Source: Takakia lepidozioides
Taxonomy: Eukaryota > Plantae > Bryophyta
Length of the DNA: 64,000 nucleotides
Assembly (NCBI GenBank): GCA_030704615.1
Contig: CM060733.1
Coordinates: forward strand, 23,808,001-23,872,000
Direction: 5' to 3'
A program made the translations under genes and the position numbers. Below the pieces are notes generated by a model. The model did not search any database, was not told the DNA's origin, and saw nothing but the letters and a program-made list of their open reading frames with translations. Shown one piece after another: positions 13,182 through 25,463 of this stretch; position 1 is the first letter of the stretch, and each line of letters begins with the position of its first letter.

Positions 13182-15076
13182 GGTGCTGATAACGTAACTT
13201 CTTCCCTGGAGACCTTCCCTGGTTCTGAAAGCAGTCCCAAAAAAAACTCTGTAACGCGAAGGCAGGTCCAAGATGGTTGAGCTACGTCCTGAAGAAGATA
13301 ACAGAGATGAGGGCCCTTTGGGTTGCAGGGCAGAAATGGCGAACGTGAAACCCAGTAATCTTTTCGTTTCTGCGTACTCGGGATCGTGAACGCAGATCCA
13401 GCAGACCAACCATGCTCGCTGCCACATGGCATCAATGCCAAGTAGAGCTGCTTATGTGGCCAGCTGCTACCGTGAAATGCGTGGCAAGCCCCACCGCTGC
13501 CACATTTAAATATAAATATGTACTGTCCTGGTATCAATACGACGGTACCTTTCAGAGTACCTTTCTAGTAGGTGGCATATGCTATAGGGTAATCCTTTTT
13601 CGGAATATATTTTTCAAATCTTTTGTTTTGAAGGGTTTTGCGGTGGAGCTTTCAAGCAGAGCAAGACACTGCAAATCCCATTCACTTGCATAAAAGATAG
13701 GGATGGAGTGGTTTACATTGATCGGAATATGTGTATAGAATTTCCGGTGACACATTCTGAATTCAGAATGTGTCACTTTACGGCCTTCTCTTGGAATGAA
13801 GCCCACCTCTGTTAACTTACATTTGTTGTTCAATTTAACAGCACATCACCACTGGGTCTTGAGAATGAATGGCTCCATATTCTCAAAAATAATTTAATTT
13901 CTGTCAAATAGCTAAACTGCTGGTGGGGATTCCACTCCCCCAAAGGCTGGGACAAATAGCCTAGTAGCATAGAGAGTCTTTAGGTACTATGGAATGGTCA
14001 GGGCCCGGCCTAGACAAAATTCACGGCCAGGCAGCTGGGGGGCAGAATGGCCCGGCCCTCATCGTTCCATCGCGTTATGGTCAGCTACACAAACTGCCCG
14101 AAACAGCCAACTACTCAAGCATTCTGCGACCTGCTGGGGCATTCTGCTACCCACTTGAGCATTGTGCTACCTACTCGAATATTCTGCCATTTACCGGATG
14201 GGCAAAAATGGCAGAAAAACCACCTCCTGACCATAATGTGTGTATCCATATGAAGCCAGCCGGAGCTGGCATAAATAAGAGCCTCTTCCCCATGCGGGTA
14301 CTCTGTAGATGTAAATTACATTATGTGGAACTGCTGGGTTTCAATTATTTTCCTCTCAGAACGTTTGGCAAGCGAAGGAGATCTGTAGTCGTATTCTTGG
14401 TAATTTGACATTTGTCCACTTGTTGGAGGGAATTTCCCAAAAACTACTCAGGATTTACTGACATGGTCCTTGTAGTCGCAGAACCAGAGAGAGTAGTCTT
14501 CAGGATCATGCATCTCCCCACCATCTCATACACCCTCTTCTGCTTCTCTCTACATGAGATTGGCATAGCAAGCACAGTACTGAACAGGTAATAGAACAGG
14601 TAATAGAGTTTACAAACAGAGATGACCGTTGCAACCACAGCCACATCTATTACATCTGTGTTCAAGGACAGGATGGCAGAAAGATGCCTGTATACCAACA
14701 CCATGCTTCATACCAGGAAGCCACGGGCACCCCTGGATTGACATTTCAAAAAATGTATGGATCTGAACTTATCATATGCATTATGGAAATTTGGGAAGAG
14801 TTTCATATCCTCCTTGTTAAGAATCCCATGACCAGCTTTAGAGGGTTAGTGCCATACACCGCTCTTGCTGTCACGGTAGATCAACCTATAAGATGATCAA
14901 ATGATGCCGAAATATGCCTGGGGTTTGGAGCCAGGAACAGCAACAAGGTACCAGCTCCATCTCAAGGGTTGCATCATCAATCCATTCTCAGTAAATTTGC
15001 TTTTCTCTTTCCCTTCCCCACCACCAGCCCCCAACCTACAATCAGCACATACCATTTTATCACAGCACCACATACC

Positions 15077-15910
15077 ACCCTTAGATGGGTGTAAATGGAG
15101 GATAATCAATGACATGTCCTCTATTGGACTTGACTTAGACCTTTACTTACCGAGAATGCATAACAGACTGTACCTCAAGTAAGACCGACCTCTAAATGGG
15201 ATTGCTCAGTGGACTCAAGTATCAATTTCTATAGAATTGTAGAAGAAGAAGTAGCTGAATAGCCAAAGCTAAATTGGATTGGACTTCTCTTATCCCAGAA
15301 CAGCAGCATAATTCCGCTCTACTGGTTGCAGTTCTATTCACATTTTCTTATATGAACCTAGCCCAGTTCAGGCTATTGAACAATGTTTGCACCATCCCAT
15401 ACTGTTTGCAGATACTTGGGATGCAGCAGGTTCAAAATGCCCAGCTTTTACTCAGTCGCCCAGGGTGCTGTAAATGAGTCATACATGTAATTATGCCTCC
15501 TCCAGTGGGAGTGGAAAACATGAGACTCTCACACTGTGCTTAGGTAATCAGAGTGCCCATTGTTTCTGGAAACTGGCTGCCTTCTATTTACCCATTCAAG
15601 TGTGTGGTACAGCCGATATCTGGAGGTCATGGCTTCGGATACCAAGGGCCTCGAATTTGGTTTAGGTCAAAAATTGCAACGACAATTGAAGTGCCACAGA
15701 CCACGAAGATGGCCTGCCATTCACAAAGTGCTGCAGGTTTTGTTGTATCCTCTGTTCCTCTTAATTTTCTTAATTCTTGATTCCTTCTTCATACTTCTTT
15801 AAAACCTTCATTCACCGAGTCTGCAAGTGAAGCCCGAAAACAAAGGGTGAAGTAATGCATTTCTGTCAAGCAAACATCAAATGCTATGCTCTAGATGCTC
15901 AAAGTTGTTT
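15077..15910. repeat. Diverged ~0.85 kb direct repeat, copy 2
   Basis: Collinear with 2788-3675. Confidence 0.85.
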
Positions 15911-16557
15911 ATACAACCGTCCATATGTGCACCCAAATGACGCCAGGCGATGGCCCCTTCCCGTCAATATCGGACACGATCGTCGGGTGGAAGGAGAAGG
16001 CGTCACAGGATGTAACACCCGTCAGCAAGTGCATCATATGCTGATCCGAAGGCGGTCCATGAAACCAATACTCAAAATCCTCACACACTAAGACGCTCAC
16101 GGCATCCCCGACTGCTAGCGCTGACAGCGCTCTCACTACCCCTTCGTTCGGATATGAAATTGATATGATTTTTCAAAGTCTGGGACTAGTAGACATCTAT
16201 TCGTGACACATAGGGCCCCCCAAAAGTACACAACAGTTATCCTATTATGGGGAAGGTGAAGACGTGAAGACCTTTTGTGTCGACCAATCTGGTTGTCCCA
16301 TTCTTTATTGGCCTCTTTATCCTAAAGAGGAGACTAGAGACTACGCATCACTGTCAAAAAGCGTGTGCCTTCCCCAACTGTCACCTCATCTACTTTTGCT
16401 GAAAAGGACTTCATGTAATTCATGTTATAATATCCTGGATATCTTCAATCATCCATCAATGAATCACATAAGGGACACAAGAAACCTGTGCCCAACTGGA
16501 CCCACTCAGATATACAGTAGTGTCCTGCTGAAGGCAAGGCCAATGAAGAAAGCTTGT

Positions 16558-17688
16558 CTAGACTTTTGCACCGAAACTAAGACCCCCGCTAGCCAAACTG
16601 AAGCCAAACCTTGGTAATTGAGGTGGAAAGAATTCCTGAGGGGATGTCCATGTGTCTTGCTTCATGTCATACATCACAACTACTTCTTGATCTCTATAAC
16701 AGCTCCAGAAGAATATGAGATTGTCATTGCTCACCACTTTGAAATAGAAGAGGGCCCAACTATTTCTTGCTATCTCCACCCACTCTGCATCAGTCGTTGC
16801 AGAAACTTTGAACTCCCACACGCATATGATGGGTGGGGCTCTGCGACCATGATCAAGATTCCCAACAAGCAATAGGCGCCCCCCACTCTCTACAAGGAAT
16901 GGACCACCTATTACACTATTATAACCACCCCCACAAAAATCAGGCATCTGTATAGCAACTTTAGTCCACACACCGATGCCAATGTTACAAGCCATCAAGA
17001 CGTCAGGCAGCCTTGGTCCATAAAGTAGAACAAAGAGAGTAGGGCCACATATCACACTTGTTGGATAATGATCACCAACTGTTGGCAGCTTTCCAGTCTC
17101 GGTCCAACACTCGCAAATTGAGTCATAGATGTGTGTTCTCCAAAGAAAAGTGTCGTCGCGATAGTAGTCCGATACCACAATGACCTTGTAGCGCTTAGTG
17201 CATATATCCACAATCAAATGTACTGTTGGCACTTGGAAACATAATGGATTGTGAGGCAGGGAAGGCAATTGTCTGAAAGTGTTCAGGAGAGGATTACATA
17301 CAAACCATGATACGTAATGGTCGTCCTCATCGCGCTCGTCCTCATCGTGCTCGTCCGTTCTGCACTCGTCCGTTATGCAAAATAAGCCTCCATCTGCAGC
17401 ACGAGCGTATGGTGAATTACCCTCGGGGAATTTGATGTCGATCTTGTGCCACCGTCGAGTTGTGAATGCATACAACATGCAAACATTTGGTGATCTGTTT
17501 AAACACCAGACGTAGGATTCTTCGTCAAGAGGGAGCTGCTGACAGAGTTGTTGGAAACTAGCAGTAGATGGGAGGGAATTCCACAACATGCAAACCGACT
17601 TAAAGCGGACAAGACTTCGATATGGCAAAAGGGCCAACACTATCATCAATAACTCGAAAGGGAGCATGCTCCAAATCTCCTCCTCCAT
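16558..17688 (-). CDS. Intronless F-box protein with kelch/beta-propeller-like C-terminus (376 aa)
   Basis: IWSMLPFELL...LPYRSLVRFKSVCMLWNSL F-box; AADGGLFC, VCNPL, IYDS...W, LVESGGRLLLV. First ATG at 17688. Confidence 0.9.
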   Translation of the reverse strand: MEEEIWSMLPFELLMIVLALLPYRSLVRFKSVCMLWNSLPSTASFQQLCQQLPLDEESYVWCLNRSPNVCMLYAFTTRRWHKIDIKFPEGNSPYARAADGGLFCITDECRTDEHDEDERDEDDHYVSWFVCNPLLNTFRQLPSLPHNPLCFQVPTVHLIVDICTKRYKVIVVSDYYRDDTFLWRTHIYDSICECWTETGKLPTVGDHYPTSVICGPTLFVLLYGPRLPDVLMACNIGIGVWTKVAIQMPDFCGGGYNSVIGGPFLVESGGRLLLVGNLDHGRRAPPIICVWEFKVSATTDAEWVEIARNSWALFYFKVVSNDNLIFFWSCYRDQEVVVMYDMKQDTWTSPQEFFPPQLPRFGFSLASGGLSFGAKV

Positions 17689-18354
17689 ATTGCCGAGGTG
17701 GTGATAAAACCTCTCCAATTGTGTTCTTGTGATCCTATCCTTAACTGAGCTTGGGGCGAAAAAATTAGGGGAAAGAAAGACCCAGCCTTGAGCCTCTGAG
17801 AATTCATAGCCATGAGCCCAACTATTGTTGGTATCATTCCTTTGCTATCAAAAGCCTCGCTACTGCATTGCTATTCTGGTACTTCAACCTTCTTTGCTAG
17901 CCACCCACTTTCCTTTTACTATTTGCAGCCGTGCTGTGTATTGTGTACCTAGTCTGTCCGTAGAAACCCTAAAAATCCCTGAAAAATCTTTGCCTCGTAC
18001 TGATAGCAACCTTGACTGGGTACCCGTTTTCAAGAATATCGATGTGTTGTATGTCTCAACGAGAGTGAGTTGGAATTCGTGTCGACAGCTCGTTGGGATA
18101 CGTAAGTGAAGTGGCGTAGTGTTAGGCAAGTTAAGTAGAAATGCCCACTTGTGTAACTGAATTGAGACTGTGCAGCAAACGCGAAGGAATCTACTGTACC
18201 ACTACGTAGTGTCGCCATCCATCTTTCTCCTTCGTCTCCCTCCGCAGCCCTAGATGACCCTTCTCTAGATGTGAATCACCGCACTTGATCCGCCGTTCTT
18301 GCAACTGCTGCACTGGAAAGCTTTGATCATCACCAACGCTGCGTGGGGTGTCTA

Positions 18355-20086
18355 GGGAATTCCAAAAAGGCCTTGATGTGAAATGCATCGCAATTCACTT
18401 GATCGCCCCCTAAAAGTGCGCAATTCAATTGAACTGCTAAAACTAGCTTGAAAACAACCCTAATTTGTAATTCGATTGAATTGTGTAAATTTGCACTTCA
18501 ATTGAAATGTCAACTCACAATTCAATTGAATTGTAATCTATAATTTTTAACTTATTTCTATATATAACGTATATAATGTGTATATATGTACATATTCAGA
18601 TTATACATATATACATATGAAAGTATAAGCTGAAAATACATGTTGCCCGTCTATTCTTGTTACCCGTCTGTCTATCCTTTGCCCATGTAAGGCCTGAGCA
18701 CGAGAGTTGTAAAGCCTAAGGGAGAGCGAGAGAGGGAGAGAGAGAGGAAGTCACGAAGCGCTTGCCCTAAAAGCGGGATTGTCCCTCTTTGTGGATGTTG
18801 GATGGCTCCCTCTTGAGCAGTCCACCGTGTTCATATTGCCAAGCACTTATTGTGCCAATATATGGCTATGTACATATACCAAACATGATACCAATGTAAG
18901 AGTATCAACGTATAAGAGTTTGATATATTACAACACACATCCCAACTTCAACATGATACCTTTGTAAGGGTATCCAAACAATGTTTATTTTGATAATTCT
19001 CAAGATGAACATATTTGTTTTCTCTGGGGTTGTGTCCTGGGCCATACTCGTGCCAAGGGACTACATGATGATGCAGGGGAAGCTTCTCATCAATTGTCAG
19101 GTTTGATTTTGTCCGTTTCTTTCAGAGCCAGCCATGTTTCTTTTATCAATAAATCACCGGAAGCTGTTGATCTCTTTCCCTCTCTAGCTCCTTTTTTGGC
19201 TCTCCCTCTCTCGCTGAGGCTGGTTTCACAACTCCACCATTTCCTCATGGACAAACGGGAAGCAAGAATAGACGGGCAACATCTATTTTTAGCTTATACT
19301 CTCATATGTGTATAAATATAACTTGAATATATACATATACACATATATTATATATATTATATACAAAAATAAGTTAAAAATTATAGATTATAATTCAATT
19401 GAATTGTCAACTAGCGTTGTAAAGGCTTGATTCCGACCTGCTTGCTTTTGGGCATGGATGAATGATATCGCGAATGGAGCAAGATGGTGACGCTCATCCA
19501 AGGTAACAAATGGCGCGTATGATGAAGCTCTCAGTTAATCGTAGATGGATGATGGCGGAGTAGCCGTTACGCATTAGATGCCGGAACAGCTGGCTATATT
19601 AAGTTGATGTTGTCTTTAGTTAACAGTTAGATTAGGATTATATTAGGTGAGGTGGCCTGATTGTGTGCCTAGCTGGGAAGGCATCTGGCCAACCAATGAA
19701 TGGCAGCCGTTTGGCCGAGATAGGATTACATGCTTAAGTACTAGCACTCAAGGAATCGGGGCGGTGGATTTTGGTCACAGATCTTATACAGTGTACCTTT
19801 GAAGTGTTTGGATGAATGCGTGTGAGTAAGTTTAATCTTTGTACTAGGTTCCATCTTATCAAGCGTGTCACTGCGTACTGTGCTATAACCCTCATACAGG
19901 TAATACCGGACTGAAAGGGGGAATATATCCCCGACCCCGAAATCTAGCCTCACAGCGCCGACAATTCAATTGAATTGCAAATTAGGATTGTTTTCAAGCT
20001 AGTTTTAGCAATTCAATTGAATTGCAAAGGCAACTCAATACTTTTAGGGGGTTGATCAACTACATCAAGGCCTTTTTGGAATTCCC
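18355..20086. mobile_element. Non-autonomous foldback/MITE-type DNA transposon with ~320 bp inverted arms
   Basis: Termini GGGAATTCCAAAAAGGCCTTGATGT / ACATCAAGGCCTTTTTGGAATTCCC flanked by TA. Arms 18355-~18672 vs ~19249-19404 plus 19963-20086. Repeated palindrome CAATTCAATTGAATTG. Confidence 0.85.
19405..19962. mobile_element. ~560 bp insertion in the right foldback arm, possible solo LTR
   Basis: Absent from the left arm; ends TGTC...GACA; no direct TSD visible. Confidence 0.4.
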
Positions 20087-21279
20087 TAAGTGTCTACAAG
20101 TTTAGTAGACTCGAGATGTGGCGTGAGAAGGAAACCTTCACTTGAAGTTACCAATTTCTTATGAGCAAAAGGGCAAGATGATTTGCAATGCGTTGCAATT
20201 CAATTGGTCACATTCCAAGAACATGCAATTTAGTTTATCTGCGTATTAAAATGAGTTGAAGGTGTTTTTGGCATTGTGTATTCTTGATATGTGACCAAGG
20301 GTGCCACCCATTGAAAGCTTTGAATGTTGCTTGAGTCCTTGTTGCTCAACTATTGCTATCAGCTTCGTCCTTGCATCACAGGTACAAGGATGAAAAAGCA
20401 CGAGCTGTGACGGAACGTGAGTAGCACCCACAATCAGTCTGGCTTGAAGGGTGGTCTTGACCACCATAAGCTTCTTCAGTATTTTCTTCAACATATGTAA
20501 GTTGTATGTGTGTATGTTCTTTCTATGCGTGATATAGAGAAATGACGCAGGGTAACTTGCAGAATCTTAATCAACAGCTATAATCGTACTCCTCAATATA
20601 CACAGATCAGCAACTGGCAAAGTTCTTGTCACGGACATAGCCCAGAGGAACTTACTATGAGTAAATACTAGAAGTTATCAAGTTACAATGTTACCGGAAG
20701 TTATCATGACTTACCGTAATTTACCATGATCTACCATGATTTATCATTACGTACCAAGTTACCGGGAGTTTACCAAATTACCAAGAGTAACTTGGGAAAC
20801 TGCTCAGGAAGTTTCCTTTGGAAGAAACTTCTCCATCAAAATACGTCATTTATTTAAGGAAGTTTCTCCATCAAGAAACCTCCATAGGGGAAGCTTCTTA
20901 GGAAACTTCTTAATAATCAGTATATATAGGAGGCGAGACTGGACACTCTTCAGTCTCGCCAACACCAGTTCAAGCTACTATTGTTTCCAGTTACCAGTAC
21001 TCTAGTCCAGTTCCCAGTACTCTAGCCCAGTTTCCAAGATCTGGTACTCCAGTCCAATTTCCAGCATTCCAGTATTCAAGTCGTGTTCCAATATCTTGTA
21101 TTTTTGTTCATTGTTATAAAGATCGTCTTAATTCCTATTTACTCATCGTGCATACGGCCACGCCGACCTTGAATTCTTATTTAGTTTTGTACCTCTAGTC
21201 TGATCTCTTGTTTGTGTTCAGTCATGTTCTCGTCATTGACAGTTTGACGAGACTAAAGTTTATTCCTTAGTTAGTCAAG

Positions 21280-22893
21280 ATGGAAAGCACATTTACAGAA
21301 ATGGTTGTCACATTGCAGAGTCTTCAGCTCTAGATGCAAGAACTTCGTGCCTCTACTGCCCAACTACAAGTTGATCAGTCTCAAGATCTTGACAACACTC
21401 TCAACAATTTGTAACAACAAATTTCAGAGTTGAAGGAGTCGAACAATGGATCTTCAACCTTACGAGTCTCTACTACAACAAATCTTACTGCAACGGTTCC
21501 TCCAAATCCTTAACAGATTACAATGGAACCAAATGTCAGCATGACCGAAAAATTTGATGGGACGAGATCAAGATCTCGCGGTTTTGTTCAACAAGTACGA
21601 TTGTTCATACTGTCACGGACATAGCCCAGAGGAACTTACCAGGAGTAAATATACTAGAAATTATCAAGTTGCCGAAAGTTACAATGACTTACCGTGATTT
21701 ACCATAATCTACCATGATTTACCATTACTTATCAAGTTACCGGGAGTTTACCAAATTACCAAGAGTAACTTGGGAAATTACTCAGGAAACTTCCTTTGGA
21801 GGAAACTTCTCCAACAAGCAACCTCCATAGGGGGAGCTTCTTAGGGAAGCTTCTTAGTAGCCAGTATATATAGGAGGCGAGACTAGACACTCTTCAGTCT
21901 CGCCAACACCAGTTCAAGCTACTTTTGTTTCCAGTTCCTAGTACTCCAGTCCAGTTCCCAGTACCCTAGCCCAGTTTCCATTATCTGGTACTCCAGTCCA
22001 ATTTCCAGCATTCCAGTATTCAATATCTTGTACTCTTGTTCATTGTTATAAAGATCGTCTTGATTCATATTTACTCATCGTGCATTCGGCCACGCCAACC
22101 TTGACTTCTTGTCTAGCCTTGTATCTCTAGTCTTATCTCTGTTTGTATTCAGTCATGTTCTCGTCCTTAACAGGTACGACTACATCCACAACGCTACCCT
22201 GATGAAGGTATTCAAGTGGGATTCGTGGGCACCCTTCTATCACATACTGCCCTATTTTGGTTTGCACCGCTATTAGAGAAAAATTTGCATTTACTATACA
22301 ATTTTGAAGCGTTCATGTCCGAGTTCACTGCAACGTTTGGAGAGAATGATAGAAAGAGAGTTGCAGAGACAAAGATGCGAAATCTTCGACAAGGAGCACG
22401 TCCAATTTCCGTTTATGCTGCCGAATTTCGACAACTTGCGTGCGACCTCGACTGGAATAAGAAGAGCCTTTTTAGTCAGTTTCGATGTGGCCTAAAAGAG
22501 GATATAAAAGATTTGATGCTGACAATGTCAAACGTGAGTACACTGAGCGAATTCATAACCCAAGTCATTGCATGCGATAATCGTTTATTCGAAAGACATC
22601 AAGAGAAGCGATCTGGATGGTCGATGACGCACCATGCCGCTGCTACTACGGTACCAAATACAACGATCCATCAGATATCCGGTAATGATCCTATGCAGAT
22701 TGATGTTGTCCGATTCAAGCCATTGACGTCACAAGAAAAACAAAGACGACGATCAAATGGATTATGTCTTTATTGCAGAGAAGATGATCACATAGTATTA
22801 AACTGCCCCAACAAGAGAAGATTCAAAGCTCGGGGCACAACTCAAGTGTTCGATACGAGGAGGTCGAAAAACGAAGATGTCCAGTCACAGTAG
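21280..22893 (+). pseudogene. gag: Retrotransposon gag (capsid plus CCHC nucleocapsid), interrupted
   Basis: ORF track 22216-22893 plus the upstream frame, which contains stops. Confidence 0.85.
21611..22172 (+). mobile_element. Solo LTR of the same family inserted into its own gag
   Basis: Homologous to 20627-21241 with TG...CA ends. Flanks catac/ggtac are a degenerate 5-bp TSD. Removing it restores the gag frame LFIRLHPQRYP. Confidence 0.88.
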
Positions 22894-23994
22894 GGACCAT
22901 GCGGCTGGACACCCCAAATTCCTCACCAAAAAAATGTCTTTTTCTACCTCCAGACCCTGTACCTTGTTTCACAGTTCCAGTAAAGATCAAGATGCAAAAT
23001 CGAGATATCTCCATAAAATCACTTAAGGACTCGGGTGCTTCAACATGTTTTATTGACAAAAACTTTGCGAAGCAATACAATTTAACGCTCGTAAGAAAAA
23101 AGTTCTCGGCCCCTGTTGAAGTCATCGATGGACGACCGTTAGCATCAGGAAATATTGACCATGAAACTCGACCCCTTGAAGTGAAGCTTAAAAATCAAGC
23201 ATAACAGATTGTTTTCAATGTCATTCAGTCTCCAATGAATCATGTGATCCTTGGACTTTCCTGGTTTGTACTTCATAATCTTGACATCGACTGGCGATCA
23301 CGAAAATTTTTGGCAAGACAAAAATGCAAAAGTACCAAAGGTATGCAACCCATGTTTCTTGGAGCTAGAGCCTTCATGAGAGCTATGAAGAAAGACGCGA
23401 CATTTGCACTTTATGCGACTCCGATCAAAACCATAATAAACCAAAGTACTTCGACATTACCCACTCAATATCAAGATTTCAAGGATGTCTTCGAAAAAAA
23501 AAATAAATAGTACGCATGATTTGTACAGGTCTGATTACCCAAAAATCAGACAGATCTTGGCTAGAAAATCGGCCAAATTGGATTGGCTTCAATGATGTGC
23601 GCCCAAGACTTTTTCGACCCCTTTTATGTATGGTTTTTGCCTGAAATCCATACCAAACATGCAGTAGGGAGGGGCATACCTAAAAGCTGTGATAAAAGAT
23701 GGAATGTGCTCAACATACGAGACCTACTGCTTACAAAGTTGTAAATAGTGCTATGGAATATGGGGGCCACATGCACATGGGCAATGTGCAGCTCCTCCAC
23801 TCAGAAAATGGACAGACATAAATGCACAAGCTGAATCTAGACAGAGAATGTGCTTATGACAGCACACCCCCTTCGAAACCAAACATGCAAAGGAGACATG
23901 TTGCCAGAACATTGACCTTATGATTGTACAATTGAGTTGCAAGAAGAAGCTGTGAAGCCTACCCCCCATGAAAAATCTCGAACTCCGCGAAGGA

Positions 23995-25463
23995 GAAGAC
24001 AAGTACTCTGTACAAAATCCCAATGCCTCGTCAAACACGTAGCCCTCCGCCATACTGCCCTCAGGCTTCGCCAAGTTTCGCACATACCCTTTAAAATCCT
24101 TCATTGCTCTCTCCACCGGGTACATCCACCGAGAAGCTACAGGTCCACACAAATCCAGCTCATCCACCAAGTGGATAAGTAAATGTGTCATAACATCAAA
24201 AAATGAGGGTGGGAACTCTTTCTCCAGAAGACAAAGAGTCACTGCCACCTCCTTCTTCAATTCCTCATGCTCGGTGGGATCAATGAATTTTGCACAAAGC
24301 TTGCGAAACACACGGGACACTCTTAGTATGGCATTGCAAACCCCAGGCGCCATCAACCCACGTAGAGCAAGTGGGAGGATCTGTTGCATTAGCACGTGAT
24401 AATCATGTGACTTCAATTGGCTCAACTTTTGTTTGACCACATGTTTTTTGAAAGCAGAGGCATAGCCAGTGGGTACTTTCAGATTCGTGATAATCTCCAG
24501 GAACACCCGCTACTCTGGTTTTGTGAGCACATATGGCGCATCAGGCATTACCAATGTATCCACTCTGGTGGGATGACGTCATAACCAAAGAGGCTTTCGA
24601 ATGCCTTGCAATTCCAGATCGCGGCGAACTTGCATCGTGTCCTTTTCGCCGAAAAGAGTCTTGATTATGTTCTCCGTCACGTTCTTCTCGCAATGCATGG
24701 TATCAAAAGTGTGGCGGATGATAAGATGCTGCACCATGTGGTCTAACAAATTAGGCACATTGCAATGCAGTCATGAATGATGTTACAACACAAGTTCAGT
24801 AAACAAACAATCATGCACAATGAAAAACCAATGCACTGTTATGTTCCCAAAACACAGGTGTGGTAATCGCAACAAACTGCCAAAAGCCCAAAATGCATAT
24901 TGCCTTCACACATGGCAGTCAACAGCGACCATGTAGTCATGACCCTGACTACATGACTCTAGTACAACCAATGGAAGAACACCACGTAGTTGAAATGTCC
25001 ATGATCCGCGGTCATGAAGTCATGGACATGACTACTCTGACGCACTACCAATTACATGACTCCATCACTATGACTCCATGACTCCAATACATCCAACAGA
25101 AGAACGACACGTAGTTCGGACTCCAGTCACTCCCACGACTGTCCAAAATGCGGACATGCGCGGGCGTGCTGCGAGCATGTCAGAGTGCGTGCATCGTGCA
25201 AAGCGTACGGGGACTGTACACTGTCGAAGGTTTGGGTCCCTCCCATACTTTGTTAGGTGCTTTTTGGCCATCGGTAGAAATTGCGAGATCCCTCCATGGC
25301 ATATTCTGCAGTTGCACAATATTTTGCGGTGCCCTTGTGCAATGGCATGCGCCTCCTCTAGTCGCCACAGTTTCTCATCTTTTCTGCGCACACGGAGTCG
25401 TTGAGCTGTCAGCCGAAACCCCGCTCTCGTTGTATACATTGTACTTACACATGGGGTGTGCAA
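23995..25463 (-). pseudogene. CACTA TnpD-like transposase fragments (transposase-associated N-terminal domain and DUF4218-like region)
   Basis: RHTFDTMHCEKNV, LKSHDYHV, FPPSFFDVMTHLLIHL, CGPVASRWMYPVER, PEGSMAEGY; CNCRIC N-terminal motif; in-frame TGA. Confidence 0.9.

Larger units (their letters stand above)
20627..23505 (+). mobile_element. 3'-truncated Ty3/gypsy LTR retrotransposon, Tf1/sushi/Tcn1-like
   Basis: 5' LTR 20627-21241 (TGTCA...TGACA); gag from 21280 (EKFDGTR; zinc knuckle CLYCREDDHIVLNC); protease (DSGAS) at 22899-23500; several in-frame stops. Confidence 0.9.
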
